Assembly: GCA_001796965.1 (NCBI GenBank)
Contig: MGOA01000050.1
Span: forward strand, 1 to 42,317
Length of the DNA: 42,317 nt
DNA from: Chloroflexi bacterium RBG_16_64_43
Lineage (GTDB): Bacteria > Chloroflexota > Anaerolineae > Anaerolineales > RBG-16-64-43
Reading direction: 5' to 3'
A program made the position numbers and the translations under genes. This document shows, in pieces, positions 8,258 to 19,402 of the stretch. Position 1 is the first letter of the stretch. Each line of letters opens with the position of its first letter. The notes beneath the pieces are model-generated. The model was not told where the DNA came from. It saw only the letters and a program-made list of their open reading frames with translations, and ran no database searches.

Positions 8258-8770
8258 ATGCCAGTAGCCAGGCCGGCTCGCGCCTTGGGGATCGACCCGG
8301 GAACGGCGACGACCGGCTATGGGGTGGTCGAAACGACCGAAGCCGGCCCGCGCGCCGTTGCCTACGGTGTTGTCCGCACACCCGCCGGGTGGGCCCTGGC
8401 GCAGCGAATGCAAAGCCTGCACGAACAACTGCGCGCCCTCATCGCGCTCCACGACCCGACCACCGCGGCCGTGGAGAAACTGTTCTTCCAGAAGAACGTG
8501 CGGACGGCCATGGCGGTTGGCCAGGCGCGCGGTGTGGTGCTGCTGGCGCTCTCGGAATGCGGGTTGGCGGTCGGAGAATACTCCCCGCTCGAGGTCAAAC
8601 AGGCCGTCACCGGCTACGGCGCGGCCGGCAAGCGGCAGGTGCAACAGATGGTCCGCACCATCCTGGCGCTCGACGACATCCCGCGCCCGGATGATGCCGC
8701 CGACGCTTTGGCCGTGGCCATTTGCCACCTGCAGAGCTCGCGCCTCAACGAACTGATGGAGGCCTCGTGA
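8258..8770 (+). CDS. ruvC: Holliday junction resolvase RuvC
   Basis: ALGIDPGTATTGYGVVE (catalytic Asp), EKLFFQKN, and the C-terminal DAADALAVAICH motif. Confidence 0.9.
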   Translation: MPVARPARALGIDPGTATTGYGVVETTEAGPRAVAYGVVRTPAGWALAQRMQSLHEQLRALIALHDPTTAAVEKLFFQKNVRTAMAVGQARGVVLLALSECGLAVGEYSPLEVKQAVTGYGAAGKRQVQQMVRTILALDDIPRPDDAADALAVAICHLQSSRLNELMEAS

Positions 8771-9345
8771 TCGCATCCCTGCGTGGGCGAGTCGAACAGG
8801 TCGCGGAAAACGCCGTGGTGGTCGAGGTGGGCGGGGTAGGGCTGATGGTAGCCGTGCCGGCGCCGCTGGCCGCCCGCCTGCAACCGGGGCAGCCGGTGGC
8901 CCTGTTCACGCGCCTCATCGTGCGCGAAGATGCGCTGGCACTATTCGGGTTCGAATCCCCCGATCAGCGGAGCTTCTTCGAGCTGCTGCTCACGGTGAGC
9001 GGGGTGGGGCCCAAGGTGGCGCTCTCGCTGCTCTCACACTTCTCCCTCGAAACGCTGCACCAGGCTGTCGGGGCTAACCAGCCCGAACGTCTGGCAGGCA
9101 TTCCCGGCGTAGGGCGCAAGACCGCCGAGAAAATAGTCTTTCACCTTAAGGACAGGGTGGCCGCCCGCGGCGAAGCCGGGCCAAGCGGCTGGGGCGAAAG
9201 CGATACCGATATCCTGACGGCGCTCACCGCGCTCGGCTATACGCTGGTCGAGGCCCAAAGTGCGTTGCAGTCGTTGCCCCGTGATGCGCCGACGGACCTC
9301 GAATCGCGTTTGCGCCTGGCCCTGCAGTATTTCTCCCATCGTTGA
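8767..9345 (+). CDS. ruvA: Holliday junction DNA helicase subunit RuvA
   Basis: GTG 8767 overlaps the ruvC stop (gTGA). VIASLRGRVEQVAENAVVVEVGGVGLMV is a typical RuvA N-terminus. HhH motifs are present (VSGVGPKVALSLL, IPGVGRKTAEKI). Confidence 0.9.
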   Translation: MIASLRGRVEQVAENAVVVEVGGVGLMVAVPAPLAARLQPGQPVALFTRLIVREDALALFGFESPDQRSFFELLLTVSGVGPKVALSLLSHFSLETLHQAVGANQPERLAGIPGVGRKTAEKIVFHLKDRVAARGEAGPSGWGESDTDILTALTALGYTLVEAQSALQSLPRDAPTDLESRLRLALQYFSHR

Positions 9346-9496
9346 ATCGATGCCTTGGCGCGCTCGCCCCGCTCGCACCCGCCCGCCGCTCCCCCCTCAG
9401 CCTGCGCTCGCTCCATCTTGAATGGTGTTGACTGTCTCGATATCCTCGGCGCGCCTTCGAAGCAAGGGTCAATCGCATAGATTAGTTGTGAAGACC

Positions 9497-9525
9497 TGGA
9501 CAAAAGAAATCCTCTCAGTTATCAT
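9497..9525 (+). promoter_or_regulatory. Candidate sigma70 promoter for the atpAGDC cluster
   Basis: TGGACA (9497-9502), 17-nt spacer, TATCAT (9520-9525), about 170 nt upstream of the atpA ATG. A weaker alternative is TTGAAT-17-TATCCT at 9418-9446. Confidence 0.35.
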
Positions 9526-9694
9526 TCGGGCGGTGGCACGCAATCCGATGCACCGACCGCGTAGACGGCTCGGATGGTAAGGTCCTACTGCATCTGCGTG
9601 CCCTGGCCTCGGGCGGGCGCATGTCCCGCCCGGTTCGCGCAGATAGCCGCCGCACGGTTTGTCCCGCGGATGGCCCCGGTGTGGAGGACGTAGC

Positions 9695-11356
9695 ATGTCG
9701 GATCTGGCAAAGCGTATCGCACAGGACTTGCAGGCGCAGATTGCAGCGTTTGAAGGTCCGCTTGTTGCCGAGGCCGTGGGCACCGTCCTCGAAGCTGGCG
9801 ACGGCATTGCCCGAGTGCGCGGGTTAGCCGACATCCACTCGCAAGAACTGGTGCGCTTCGCCAACGGCTCCACCGGAATTGCCTTCAGCCTCGAGAAGGA
9901 CTCGGTGGGGGTCATCGTGGTGGGCGAGTTCAGCGGAATCGCCGAGGGTATGGAGGTGCGCGGCACCGGGCGCATTGCCTCCGTGCCGGTCGGCGACGGC
10001 CTGGTAGGCCGGGTGATCAATGCCCTGGGCGAGCCGATCGACAGCAAGGGCCCGATCCCATTTACCGACTACCGCCCGATCGAGCGCATTGCGCACGGGG
10101 TCGTCGAGCGCCAGGACGTGGACACCCCGGTCCAGACCGGACTTAAAGCCATCGATTCGATGATCCCGATCGGGCGAGGCCAGCGTGAGTTGATCATCGG
10201 CGACCGGCAGACGGGCAAGACGGCCATCGCCATCGACACAATCATTAACCAGCGCGGCAAGGACTTGCTGTGCATCTACGTCGCCATCGGCCAGAAGAAA
10301 GCCTCCGTGGCGCGCACGGTGGCCATCCTCGAACGCCACGGGGCGATGGACCACACAGTGGTGGTGATGGCCGCCGCAGATGAGTCGGCTGCCCTGCAAT
10401 ACATCGCCCCCTATGTCGGCTGCGCCATCGGCGAAGAATTCATGGAGGCCGGGCGCGACGCGCTCATCGTGTACGACGATCTCTCCAAGCACGCCTGGGC
10501 CTATCGCCAGGTGTCGCTGCTCCTGCGGCGTCCTCCAGGACGGGAAGCCTACCCGGGCGACGTGTTCTATCTTCACTCGCGTCTGCTCGAGCGCTCCGCG
10601 CGATTGGCCGACCGCTTCGTGATCGTTCCCTCGGCGTTCAAGGGCGAGGCCGCCGCCACCGATGCCGTGGATGGCACGGTCTACGGCGGGCCGCGCTCGC
10701 GGCACGAGGTGGGCGAGGCGGTGAAGGCCATGCCCAACGGCGCCGCGCATCGAGCGGCCAAAGTGAAGGGCTCGGGTGGATCGCTCACCGCGCTGCCCAT
10801 CATCGAAACCCTCCTTAGCGACGTCTCGGCGTACGTCCCAACCAATGTCATTTCCATCACCGACGGGCAAATCTACCTCGAATCGAATCTGTTCTATACC
10901 GGCATCCGCCCGGCGGTGAACGTCGGCATTTCGGTTTCGCGCGTGGGCGGTTCGGCGCAGACGCGCGCGATGAAACAGGTGGCTGGCATGCTGCGCCTGG
11001 ACATGGCCCAGTTCCGCGACCTGGCCGCGTTCGCACAATTCGGATCGGACCTCGACAAGACCACCCAGCAGCAGCTCAACCGCGGCCAGCACTTGCAGGA
11101 AATCCTCAAGCAGGCGCAGTACGTGCCGATGTCGCTCGGCCATCAAGTGGCCGTGATCTACGCCGGCACGCGTGGCTTTGCCGACCAGGTGCCATTGGAC
11201 CAGATGGCTGCCTGGGAAGACGGGCTGCACCGATTCCTGGATGTCGCCTATGCCGATCTGCCCGAGACGATCGGGCGCGAACGGGAAATCAGCCCGGTCG
11301 CCGAGGCCCGGTTGAAGGAAGCTCTGCAGGCTTACAACCTCTCGTGGAAGCGATAG
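9695..11356 (+). CDS. atpA: F1 ATP synthase alpha subunit, with a lineage-specific insertion
   Basis: ATG 9695 ([10 protein letters not shown]...). Walker [20 protein letters not shown] and [15 protein letters not shown] are present. There is an extra segment between LLERSA and GSLTALP (see findings). Confidence 0.95.
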   Translation: MSDLAKRIAQDLQAQIAAFEGPLVAEAVGTVLEAGDGIARVRGLADIHSQELVRFANGSTGIAFSLEKDSVGVIVVGEFSGIAEGMEVRGTGRIASVPVGDGLVGRVINALGEPIDSKGPIPFTDYRPIERIAHGVVERQDVDTPVQTGLKAIDSMIPIGRGQRELIIGDRQTGKTAIAIDTIINQRGKDLLCIYVAIGQKKASVARTVAILERHGAMDHTVVVMAAADESAALQYIAPYVGCAIGEEFMEAGRDALIVYDDLSKHAWAYRQVSLLLRRPPGREAYPGDVFYLHSRLLERSARLADRFVIVPSAFKGEAAATDAVDGTVYGGPRSRHEVGEAVKAMPNGAAHRAAKVKGSGGSLTALPIIETLLSDVSAYVPTNVISITDGQIYLESNLFYTGIRPAVNVGISVSRVGGSAQTRAMKQVAGMLRLDMAQFRDLAAFAQFGSDLDKTTQQQLNRGQHLQEILKQAQYVPMSLGHQVAVIYAGTRGFADQVPLDQMAAWEDGLHRFLDVAYADLPETIGREREISPVAEARLKEALQAYNLSWKR

Positions 11357-11385
11357 TCCGAACCACGCGCGGCGGATGAGTCGAG

Positions 11386-12282
11386 ATGGCCTCCCTTCGT
11401 GAGATGCGGCTGCGCATTCGCAGCGTCGGAAATATCGCCCAGGTCACGCGCGCCCTGGAAGCGGTCAGCGCCAGCAAGGTGCGCCGCGCCCAGCAAGCCG
11501 CGCTGGCGACGCGCGCCTATGCCACCAAGGCGTGGAGCGTGCTGGAGGACCTGGCGGGTCAGCCGGGCAGCGGCCGCCTGCACCGCCTGCTCGATCGCCG
11601 GCCTGAGGTGCGCCAGGTGCTGGTGGTCATGGTCAGCGGCGACCGCGGGCTGGCCGGTGCGTACAACGTCAACGTCGTGCGCGAAGTTATGGCACGCTTC
11701 CGTTCGAGCGCCGTACCGGTGCGCTACCTGATGGTCGGCCGCAAAGGACGCGACATGATGTTGCGCCGCGGTGCCCATTTGGCAGCCGAGTTCAGCGGCC
11801 TGCCGGGGTTGCCCACCTTCGCCGATGTGTCGGCCATTGGCCGCTTGGCGCTGGAGGATTTCGAAAAGGGCCAGGCCGACGAAGTCTATTTGGCCTATAC
11901 CCGCTTCATCTCTCTCGTCCGCCAAGAGGTCGTCGTGCGACGCCTGCTGCCCTTGGCCGTGGAGGAAATGGGTGCGCACATGCAGACGATGGGCGCGCAC
12001 CCCAGCGGGCCGCGGCCGGCGTATATATTCGAACCGGGGCGGACACAACTGTTGGACGAAATCGTGCCGCGTTTCGCGGCCCTGCAGATTTTCCAGGCCA
12101 TCCTGGAGTCTCTGGCCAGCGAACACGCAGCGCGCATGGTGACGATGCGCAACGCGACTGAGAACGCGCACGAATTGACCGCCACCCTGCAACTCGACTA
12201 TAACAAGGCGCGCCAGCAGAGTATCACCGGCGACTTGCTCGACATCGCCGGAGGCGCCGAGGCCCTGGTCGCCCGCCACTAA
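11386..12282 (+). CDS. atpG: F1 ATP synthase gamma subunit
   Basis: MASLREMRLRIRSVGNIAQVTRALEAVSASKVRRAQ at the N-terminus, and NKARQQSITGDLLDIAGGAEAL at the C-terminus. Confidence 0.95.
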   Translation: MASLREMRLRIRSVGNIAQVTRALEAVSASKVRRAQQAALATRAYATKAWSVLEDLAGQPGSGRLHRLLDRRPEVRQVLVVMVSGDRGLAGAYNVNVVREVMARFRSSAVPVRYLMVGRKGRDMMLRRGAHLAAEFSGLPGLPTFADVSAIGRLALEDFEKGQADEVYLAYTRFISLVRQEVVVRRLLPLAVEEMGAHMQTMGAHPSGPRPAYIFEPGRTQLLDEIVPRFAALQIFQAILESLASEHAARMVTMRNATENAHELTATLQLDYNKARQQSITGDLLDIAGGAEALVARH

Positions 12283-12299
12283 GGGGATGGCTGGGATGA

Positions 12300-13736
<1,437 letters not shown>

Positions 13737-13754
13737 GGGCGGGCAGGACAACCG

Positions 13755-14210
13755 ATGCTGTGCGAAATCGTCACCCAAGACCGTGGTCTGTTCAGCGGCG
13801 AAGTCGATATGGTCCTGGCCCCGGGCAGCGAGGGCGAGCTGGGTATACTGCCGCATCACGCACCGCTGCTGACCACCTTGAGCTTGGGGGTGCTGCGCGT
13901 GCGGCAGGGCGGCCAGGAACTCGCTTTTACCATCGCCGGCGGCGTGATGGAAGTCCGCCCGGACCGGGTAACGGTGCTGGCCGACTCGGGCGAGGCCATC
14001 GACGAGATCGACGTGTCCCGCGCCGAAGCGGCGCGCGAACGGGCGCAGCACATTCTTGCCGAAGGACCGGCGGTGTCGGAACCCCAGATGCGCGAGGTCG
14101 AGGCCGCCCTGCGCCGGTCGACGCTCCGGCTAAACGCCGTCCGCCGCTACCGGCGCGCGCGCCGTCCGGGCGCGGGCGAGGATGACAGCCAGCAGACGGA
14201 TTCCGGCTGA
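13755..14210 (+). CDS. atpC: F1 ATP synthase epsilon subunit (basic C-terminal extension)
   Basis: EIVTQDRGLFSGEVDMVLAPGSEGELGILPHHAPLLTTL is typical epsilon. The tail is an unusually long Arg-rich then acidic stretch. Confidence 0.9.
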   Translation: MLCEIVTQDRGLFSGEVDMVLAPGSEGELGILPHHAPLLTTLSLGVLRVRQGGQELAFTIAGGVMEVRPDRVTVLADSGEAIDEIDVSRAEAARERAQHILAEGPAVSEPQMREVEAALRRSTLRLNAVRRYRRARRPGAGEDDSQQTDSG

Positions 14211-14247
14211 GCCTCGCTCTTCAATCGAGCTTCACTGAGAATCGACA

Positions 14248-15255
14248 ATGGCGCTACTCTACCGCGAATTGGGCATCGATCTGGGCACGGTCAACACGCT
14301 CATCGCCGAAGGCGGCGAGATTGTGTTGAGCGAACCGACCATGGCCGCGATCGATGTCGACGAGCAGAAGATCGTCGCCCTCGGCCAAGAAGCCAAGGAC
14401 ATGTACGGCCGCGTGCCGGAGGGTATCCAGGTGATGTACCCGCTGCGCGACGGGGTCATCGCCGATTACGAGGTGACCGAGCGCATTCTGGCCTATTTCA
14501 TACAGAAGGTGTGCGGGCCGGTGCGCTTGTTCAAGCCGCGCGCCATGGTGACCGTACCCTACGGCGTGACCAGCGTAGAAGGGCGCGCAGCCCACGAGGC
14601 CACCTTCCGCGCCGGCAGCCGCGAGGTCATCTTGGTGCAACGGGCGTTAGCCGCGGCGGTCGGCGCGGGCTTGCCCATCGGCACCCCCTCCGGCAACATG
14701 GTGGTCTACCTGGGGGGCGGCGCCAGCGAGAGCGCGGTGATTTCTGTCAACGGCATCGTGGTCGCCAACACGGTGCGCGTCGGCGGGCAGCGGCTGGATG
14801 AAGCTATTGCCACCTACGTGCGTCACAAGCACGGGCTGGTCATCGGTGAGACCACGGCCGAAGAGCTGAAGCTCAAAGTGGGCTCGGCCGTGCCGCTCGA
14901 CACGGAACTCAGCCTGGAGGTCCAGGGCCGCGACCAAGTGAGCGGGCTGCCGCGCAAGGTGCGAGTCACCACGGCCGATATCGAGGAAGCCCTGGCCGAC
15001 CCACTGGCTCAAATCGTGTCCGGCGTGCGCGCCACGCTCGAGCGTACGCCACCCGAACTCACTTCGGATATCATCGATCGCGGGATGATGTTGTGCGGAG
15101 GCGGGTCACTACTGCGGGGTGTGGATCGATACTTCACCCAGGTGACCGGCGTCCCCGCCTATCTGGCCGAGGAGCCTGTGGCGTGCCTGGCCCTGGGCGC
15201 CGAGCGCGTGCTCAAGCAGGTGGAGCTGTTCCGGCGCTTCTTGCCGCCCTCGTGA
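14248..15255 (+). CDS. mreB: Rod-shape determining protein MreB
   Basis: LGIDLGTVNTLI (phosphate-1), PLRDGVIADYEVTE, MVVYLGGGASE and MLCGGGSLLRGVD. The gene starts only 37 nt downstream of atpC. Confidence 0.9.
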   Translation: MALLYRELGIDLGTVNTLIAEGGEIVLSEPTMAAIDVDEQKIVALGQEAKDMYGRVPEGIQVMYPLRDGVIADYEVTERILAYFIQKVCGPVRLFKPRAMVTVPYGVTSVEGRAAHEATFRAGSREVILVQRALAAAVGAGLPIGTPSGNMVVYLGGGASESAVISVNGIVVANTVRVGGQRLDEAIATYVRHKHGLVIGETTAEELKLKVGSAVPLDTELSLEVQGRDQVSGLPRKVRVTTADIEEALADPLAQIVSGVRATLERTPPELTSDIIDRGMMLCGGGSLLRGVDRYFTQVTGVPAYLAEEPVACLALGAERVLKQVELFRRFLPPS

Positions 15256-15265
15256 GGGCGAGCCG

Positions 15266-15901
15266 CTAGCGCGGCCCCGGGGGTTCGAGGTAATACGTCA
15301 TGCGCTGCAAGTGGACCGCCGGATCGATGTTCTGCACGTAAACCCCTCGCGGCACAATCAACGTGGTCGGCGCATAGTTCAGGATGGCTTGCACCCCGGC
15401 CTCGATCAGGTGCGCTGTGGCAGGCTGGGCCTGCGCTGCCGGGACGGCCAACATGGCCACGCGGATGCCTTCGCGCCGCACTAGTTCGACGACGCGGGCC
15501 GAGTCGCTGATGACAAAACCCGCCAAGGTCTGACCGATCTTGGAGGGGTTACTGTCGAACACCATGCGAATGCGGAACCCGCGGTCGTGGAAGCCCTGGT
15601 AGTTGGCCAGCGCGCGACCCAAGTCACCGGCGCCGACCAACACAACATCCCACAACTGGCCGAGCTTGAGGATGCGCCGTAATTGCTCGATCAGGAATAC
15701 GACGTTGTAGCCCAGCCCCTGCTTTCCGAATTCGCCGAAATGCGAGAGGTCTTTGCGAATCTGGGCCGAGGTCAGCCCCAGGCGGGTAGCCAACTCTTGC
15801 GAGGAGGTAACCGATTTGCCTTCGACGCTCATGGCGCTGAGCGCGCGCAGGTAAACCGGCAACCGGCCCACGACGATGTCGGGAATGGGTTTCGTCGCCA
15901 T
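15266..15901 (-). CDS. rex: Redox-sensing transcriptional repressor Rex
   Basis: RLPVYLRAL..., SSQELA...LGLTSAQIRKDLSHFGEFGKQGLGYNV, and a Rossmann motif (VVLVGAGDLGRALA). The RBS GGAGG precedes ATG 15901. Confidence 0.9.
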   Translation of the reverse strand: MATKPIPDIVVGRLPVYLRALSAMSVEGKSVTSSQELATRLGLTSAQIRKDLSHFGEFGKQGLGYNVVFLIEQLRRILKLGQLWDVVLVGAGDLGRALANYQGFHDRGFRIRMVFDSNPSKIGQTLAGFVISDSARVVELVRREGIRVAMLAVPAAQAQPATAHLIEAGVQAILNYAPTTLIVPRGVYVQNIDPAVHLQRMTYYLEPPGPR

Positions 15902-15983
15902 CGATACCTCCGCCGGCGGGAAGGGTTTACAATGAATTCGACTTTATCACAAAGAGTTGCAGAAGGCAACACAAGGCGCACCA

Positions 15984-17246
15984 ATGTTCCTCGATGAGGT
16001 ACACCTCGCGGTGAAGGCCGGCAAGGGCGGCGATGGGATGATGCACTTCCATCGCGAGAAGTACGTCACCCGCGGTGGGCCCGATGGCGGCGACGGAGGC
16101 CCGGGCGGCGATGTGGTCCTGGTGGTCGATCCTAAGCTCAATACCCTTTCCTACTTTCATCATCAGCGCTCCTTCCACGCACAAGATGGCGCACGCGGCG
16201 GCACCAACAATCGCACGGGGAAATCCGGCGCGGATATGCTGCTCGGGGTACCGCGTGGCACGCTGGTGCGCGAAGCCGGCAGCGGCCAGCTGCTGGGCGA
16301 CCTGACCGAGCCCGGCCAGCAGCTGCGCGTCGCCCGCGGAGGACGGGGCGGGCGGGGCAACCCGCATTTCGCCTCCTCCAGCAATCAGGCCCCATACGTT
16401 GCCGAGAAGGGTGAACCGGGCGAGACCCGTGAACTGGAATTGGAGCTCAAGCTCATCGCCGACATCGGCCTGGTGGGCGTCCCCAATGCGGGCAAAAGCA
16501 CGTTTCTCGCGGCAGCGACGGCCGCCCGGCCCAAGATTGCCGCCTACCCGTTTACCACTACCGAACCGAATCTGGGCGTGGCCACGCTCGACGACACGTC
16601 GCTGGTCTTGGCCGACATCCCGGGCCTGATCGAGGGGGCCCATCGCGGGGTGGGGCTCGGGTTTGCCTTCCTGCGGCACATTCAGCGCACGCGTGTGCTG
16701 ATCCACTTGCTCGACGGCTCCGGTGAAAGCCCGGTGGCCGACTTCTCACAAATCAACTCCGAGCTGGCTCTCTTTGATCCGCGGTTGAACTCCAAGCCGC
16801 AGGTCGTGGCGTTGAACAAGATGGATTTGCCCGAGGTGCAGGCGCGTTGGGAAGGGGTGCGCCGCGATCTGGCGCAGCGCGGCGTGGAGCTGATGCCGCT
16901 TTCGGCGGCGACGCACAAGGGCCTGCGCGAAGTGATGGCGCGGGCGGCGCAGCTGCTGCGCGATCTTCCACCGCCGGCACCCAGCGAGGAGGAGCTGCCC
17001 GTCTACCGCGGGCCGCAGGACGCCGAGGAGTTCACCCTGGAACGGGAAGCCGACGGCGGATGGCGCCTGCACGGCAGGCGCATTGAACGCGCGGCGGCCA
17101 TGACCTATTGGGAATTGGACGAGGCGGTCGAACGCTTTCAACGCATCCTGGATGCCATGGGAATCTACGAGGCGATGAAGCAGGCGGGCGTCAAGCAGGG
17201 CGACCTTGTGCGGATCGGGGAGAATGAGCTGGAATGGCACGACTAG
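15984..17246 (+). CDS. obg: GTPase Obg/CgtA with C-terminal OCT domain
   Basis: MFLDEVHLAVKAGKGGDGMMHFHREKYVTRGGPDGGDGGPGGDV (Gly-rich Obg fold). G1 GVPNAGKST, G3 DIPGLIEGA, G4 NKMD. The ORF-track start at 15957 is TTG; ATG 15984 matches family N-termini. Confidence 0.95.
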   Translation: MFLDEVHLAVKAGKGGDGMMHFHREKYVTRGGPDGGDGGPGGDVVLVVDPKLNTLSYFHHQRSFHAQDGARGGTNNRTGKSGADMLLGVPRGTLVREAGSGQLLGDLTEPGQQLRVARGGRGGRGNPHFASSSNQAPYVAEKGEPGETRELELELKLIADIGLVGVPNAGKSTFLAAATAARPKIAAYPFTTTEPNLGVATLDDTSLVLADIPGLIEGAHRGVGLGFAFLRHIQRTRVLIHLLDGSGESPVADFSQINSELALFDPRLNSKPQVVALNKMDLPEVQARWEGVRRDLAQRGVELMPLSAATHKGLREVMARAAQLLRDLPPPAPSEEELPVYRGPQDAEEFTLEREADGGWRLHGRRIERAAAMTYWELDEAVERFQRILDAMGIYEAMKQAGVKQGDLVRIGENELEWHD

Positions 17247-17857
17247 GCGTGTTTGGCGGCAGCTTCGACCCACCGCACTTGGGGCATCTGGTGTTGGCAG
17301 AGGCGGCGCTGCGCGGGCTTGGCCTGAACCGCGTGCTGTGGGTGCTCACGCCGGCGCCGCCGCACAAGCAGGGTTGGAAGATCTCGCCGCTGGCCGTGCG
17401 CGAGCGCATGGTCTCGATTATGGTGGAGCAGAACCCTCAGTTCGATTTCTCACGCGTTGAAATGGAACGCCCGGGTCCGCACTATATGGTGGATACCGTG
17501 ATGGAACTCGGACGGCGCTGGCCAGGGGATGCGCTCGTCTTGCTTTTGGGTGGGGATTCACTACGCGACCTGCCTTCGTGGGGACGCCCGCAGCTTCTCC
17601 TCGAGCAATGCACCCTGGGTGTGATGCGCCGTCCGGGAGCGGAGCCCAGGCTAGCGGAATTGGAAGAAGTTCTTCCGGGGATTTCCAAACGGACCGAGTT
17701 CTTCGATGCCCCGCGGATGGATATCTCGTCGTCAGAGATACGCCGGCGCGTGCGTTCCGGCGCAGCGTACGATCATCTTGTGTTGCCGCGGGTGGCTGCT
17801 GTCATCGCCGGTGAAGGTCTCTACCTGGAGGACGCCGGCGGCGCCTCGCCCGGATAG
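17234..17857 (+). CDS. nadD: Nicotinate-nucleotide adenylyltransferase
   Basis: GVFGGSFDPPHLGHL (HxGH motif) and the ISSSEIRRR motif. It overlaps the obg stop by 13 nt. Confidence 0.9.
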   Translation: MARLGVFGGSFDPPHLGHLVLAEAALRGLGLNRVLWVLTPAPPHKQGWKISPLAVRERMVSIMVEQNPQFDFSRVEMERPGPHYMVDTVMELGRRWPGDALVLLLGGDSLRDLPSWGRPQLLLEQCTLGVMRRPGAEPRLAELEEVLPGISKRTEFFDAPRMDISSSEIRRRVRSGAAYDHLVLPRVAAVIAGEGLYLEDAGGASPG

Positions 17858-18288
17858 CCCAGCGCTTCGAGTATCTGTACCGCCCCCTCGACGAACAATG
17901 GGCACCTCGTCTCAAACAGGCCGGCCCGTTTGGCTTGGTCCAGCCCGCCCGGCTGCGAAAGGTCCACGCTGAGCAGCTCCTTACAACGCGTTGAAGCGAA
18001 TCGCCGGACGAAAGCGGCGGTGAACGCTTGGCCCGCGGCGTAGGCACGGTCCTTTTGCGACGTATCGCGCGGACGGGTCATGCCGTGCCGCAGACCGACG
18101 ACCATCAACGCCCCGCTCACTGCGCCGCACGTTTCGCCCATACGCGAAACACCGCCGCCCAGCGTTCCGGCGGCGCGCAGGGCCAACTCCTGATCGACAC
18201 CCATCTCGCGTGCGAATGTCGCGAACACGGCCTGGGCACATGAGAAGTCGTCGCGCATAGCCGCTATGGCTGCCTCGGCTCGTATCAT
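17821..18288 (-). CDS. C_GCAxxG_C_C family (putative redox-active) protein
   Basis: Trimmed to ATG 18288 (MIRAEAAIAAMRDDFSCAQAV...). Spaced Cys signature: SCAQAV, GETCGAVSGALMV, TRCKELL, TRCPLFV. It overlaps the nadD 3' end convergently by 37 nt. Confidence 0.75.
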   Translation of the reverse strand: MIRAEAAIAAMRDDFSCAQAVFATFAREMGVDQELALRAAGTLGGGVSRMGETCGAVSGALMVVGLRHGMTRPRDTSQKDRAYAAGQAFTAAFVRRFASTRCKELLSVDLSQPGGLDQAKRAGLFETRCPLFVEGAVQILEALGYPGEAPPASSR

Positions 18289-18350
18289 TGGGTCTCTCTT
18301 CTTCGCATCTGGGGGAGCGCGGCGAGGAGTGCCAGCGCGCCGGGCCGCGT

Positions 18351-19286
18351 TCACAGCGGCGGGAGGGCCAGCTTCTCGATCTTGCGGCCGATCTCGCGCC
18401 ACTGGATGCGGCTCAGGCCGAGTTTCTCACGCAACCGGTCGGGGTCCATGCCCGCTTGCCGGTCACGAACGGCGCAGGTCCAGCGGCACATATCGAATGA
18501 GAGATGCTTGGCTAGCCCGGCTTGCAGGCCGATATCTTCAAGCACGTATTCGAGTTGGCGCGGGGACCATGGGAAGAGACGGTCGGCCAGGTGGTACTGC
18601 TCCACGTAGTCGCGGTACAGGCCGACCCACTTCGGTTCGAGGGCAATCTTGCGTTCCTTGAAGCGCATACGCGGCTGGGTATAGCGCACGAACAAGAAGG
18701 GCGACTCGGGCGTACTCACATCCACGTGGCTGATCTTGAGCCCCTGGCATTCGCCCTTCTTGATGCCGGTCTTGAGCAGCAACTCGAGCAGTACGGCCGG
18801 ACGCGCATCGGCCTTTGCTCCGCTGCGGCCGGCCTGCATGCCCCGCGCCGCAAGGCGCGCCGCCTCCACCTCCCCGGCGCTGAGGACTTCGGGCAGCGGG
18901 CTGATCACCGTCTTCTGGACCAGCGGCGCAGCAGGATCCTCAGGCCACACTCCCTTCTGATGCATGTACCGAAAGAAGGCCTTGAGCGAGGTTATCCGCC
19001 GCGAGTACGTTTTGGGGCTGCATGGGACGCCGCGCGCCGAACGCATCCACTCCAGGAAGGCCTGCAGATCGCTCGTGCCGATCTCCCCCAGGGCGCGGCC
19101 GGCGCCCACATAGCTCGCCAGCAAGTTGAGGTCGGCAGTGAAGGCCTTGACCGTGTTCTCGGCCAAGCCCTCGTCCCCGAGGTGCCTCTTCCACACATGC
19201 AGGCCGGTCATCAGCGAAGAGCGCGGATTCACGGGACCGCTCTCCGCCGTGGATGAACCCGGTGAGGTGCTGGAGGGATGCGTCAT
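18351..19286 (-). CDS. Tyrosine-recombinase-like protein with degenerate active site
   Basis: N-terminal SAM-like core-binding domain (TVKAFTADLNLLASYV ... TYSRRITSLKAFFRYM). The C-terminal catalytic-fold region aligns to Xer/integrase boxes, but with TGIKKGE (Arg to Lys), SFDMCRW (HxxR to DxxR), LGLS (His to Leu) and no Tyr in the last ~70 residues. Confidence 0.7.
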   Translation of the reverse strand: MTHPSSTSPGSSTAESGPVNPRSSLMTGLHVWKRHLGDEGLAENTVKAFTADLNLLASYVGAGRALGEIGTSDLQAFLEWMRSARGVPCSPKTYSRRITSLKAFFRYMHQKGVWPEDPAAPLVQKTVISPLPEVLSAGEVEAARLAARGMQAGRSGAKADARPAVLLELLLKTGIKKGECQGLKISHVDVSTPESPFLFVRYTQPRMRFKERKIALEPKWVGLYRDYVEQYHLADRLFPWSPRQLEYVLEDIGLQAGLAKHLSFDMCRWTCAVRDRQAGMDPDRLREKLGLSRIQWREIGRKIEKLALPPL

Positions 19287-19402
19287 GACCGTGGCGATCC
19301 TGCTCTCACTCTTGCGCGAGCGGCGGGTGGGGCTCCAGGCCGCTGTGCGGCCCGGCCGAGAGTGCGCTACAGCAGCTCAACCAACACGGGCAGGCTGTGC
19401 GT

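Noticed and set aside
15902-15983. Rex operator in the rex/obg divergent region (TTGTGATAAAG on the minus strand, ATCACAA on the plus strand).
   Set aside because: Only one half-site approaches the TTGTGAA-N4-TTCACAA consensus, and the partner half-site at the correct spacing is absent. Autoregulation is plausible but not supported by the sequence.
18351-19286. The integrase-like gene as a marker of an integrated mobile element or prophage.
   Set aside because: There are no flanking direct repeats, phage, transposase or conjugation genes. The nearest tRNA is 11 kb away, the neighbours are housekeeping or envelope genes, and the active site is degenerate.
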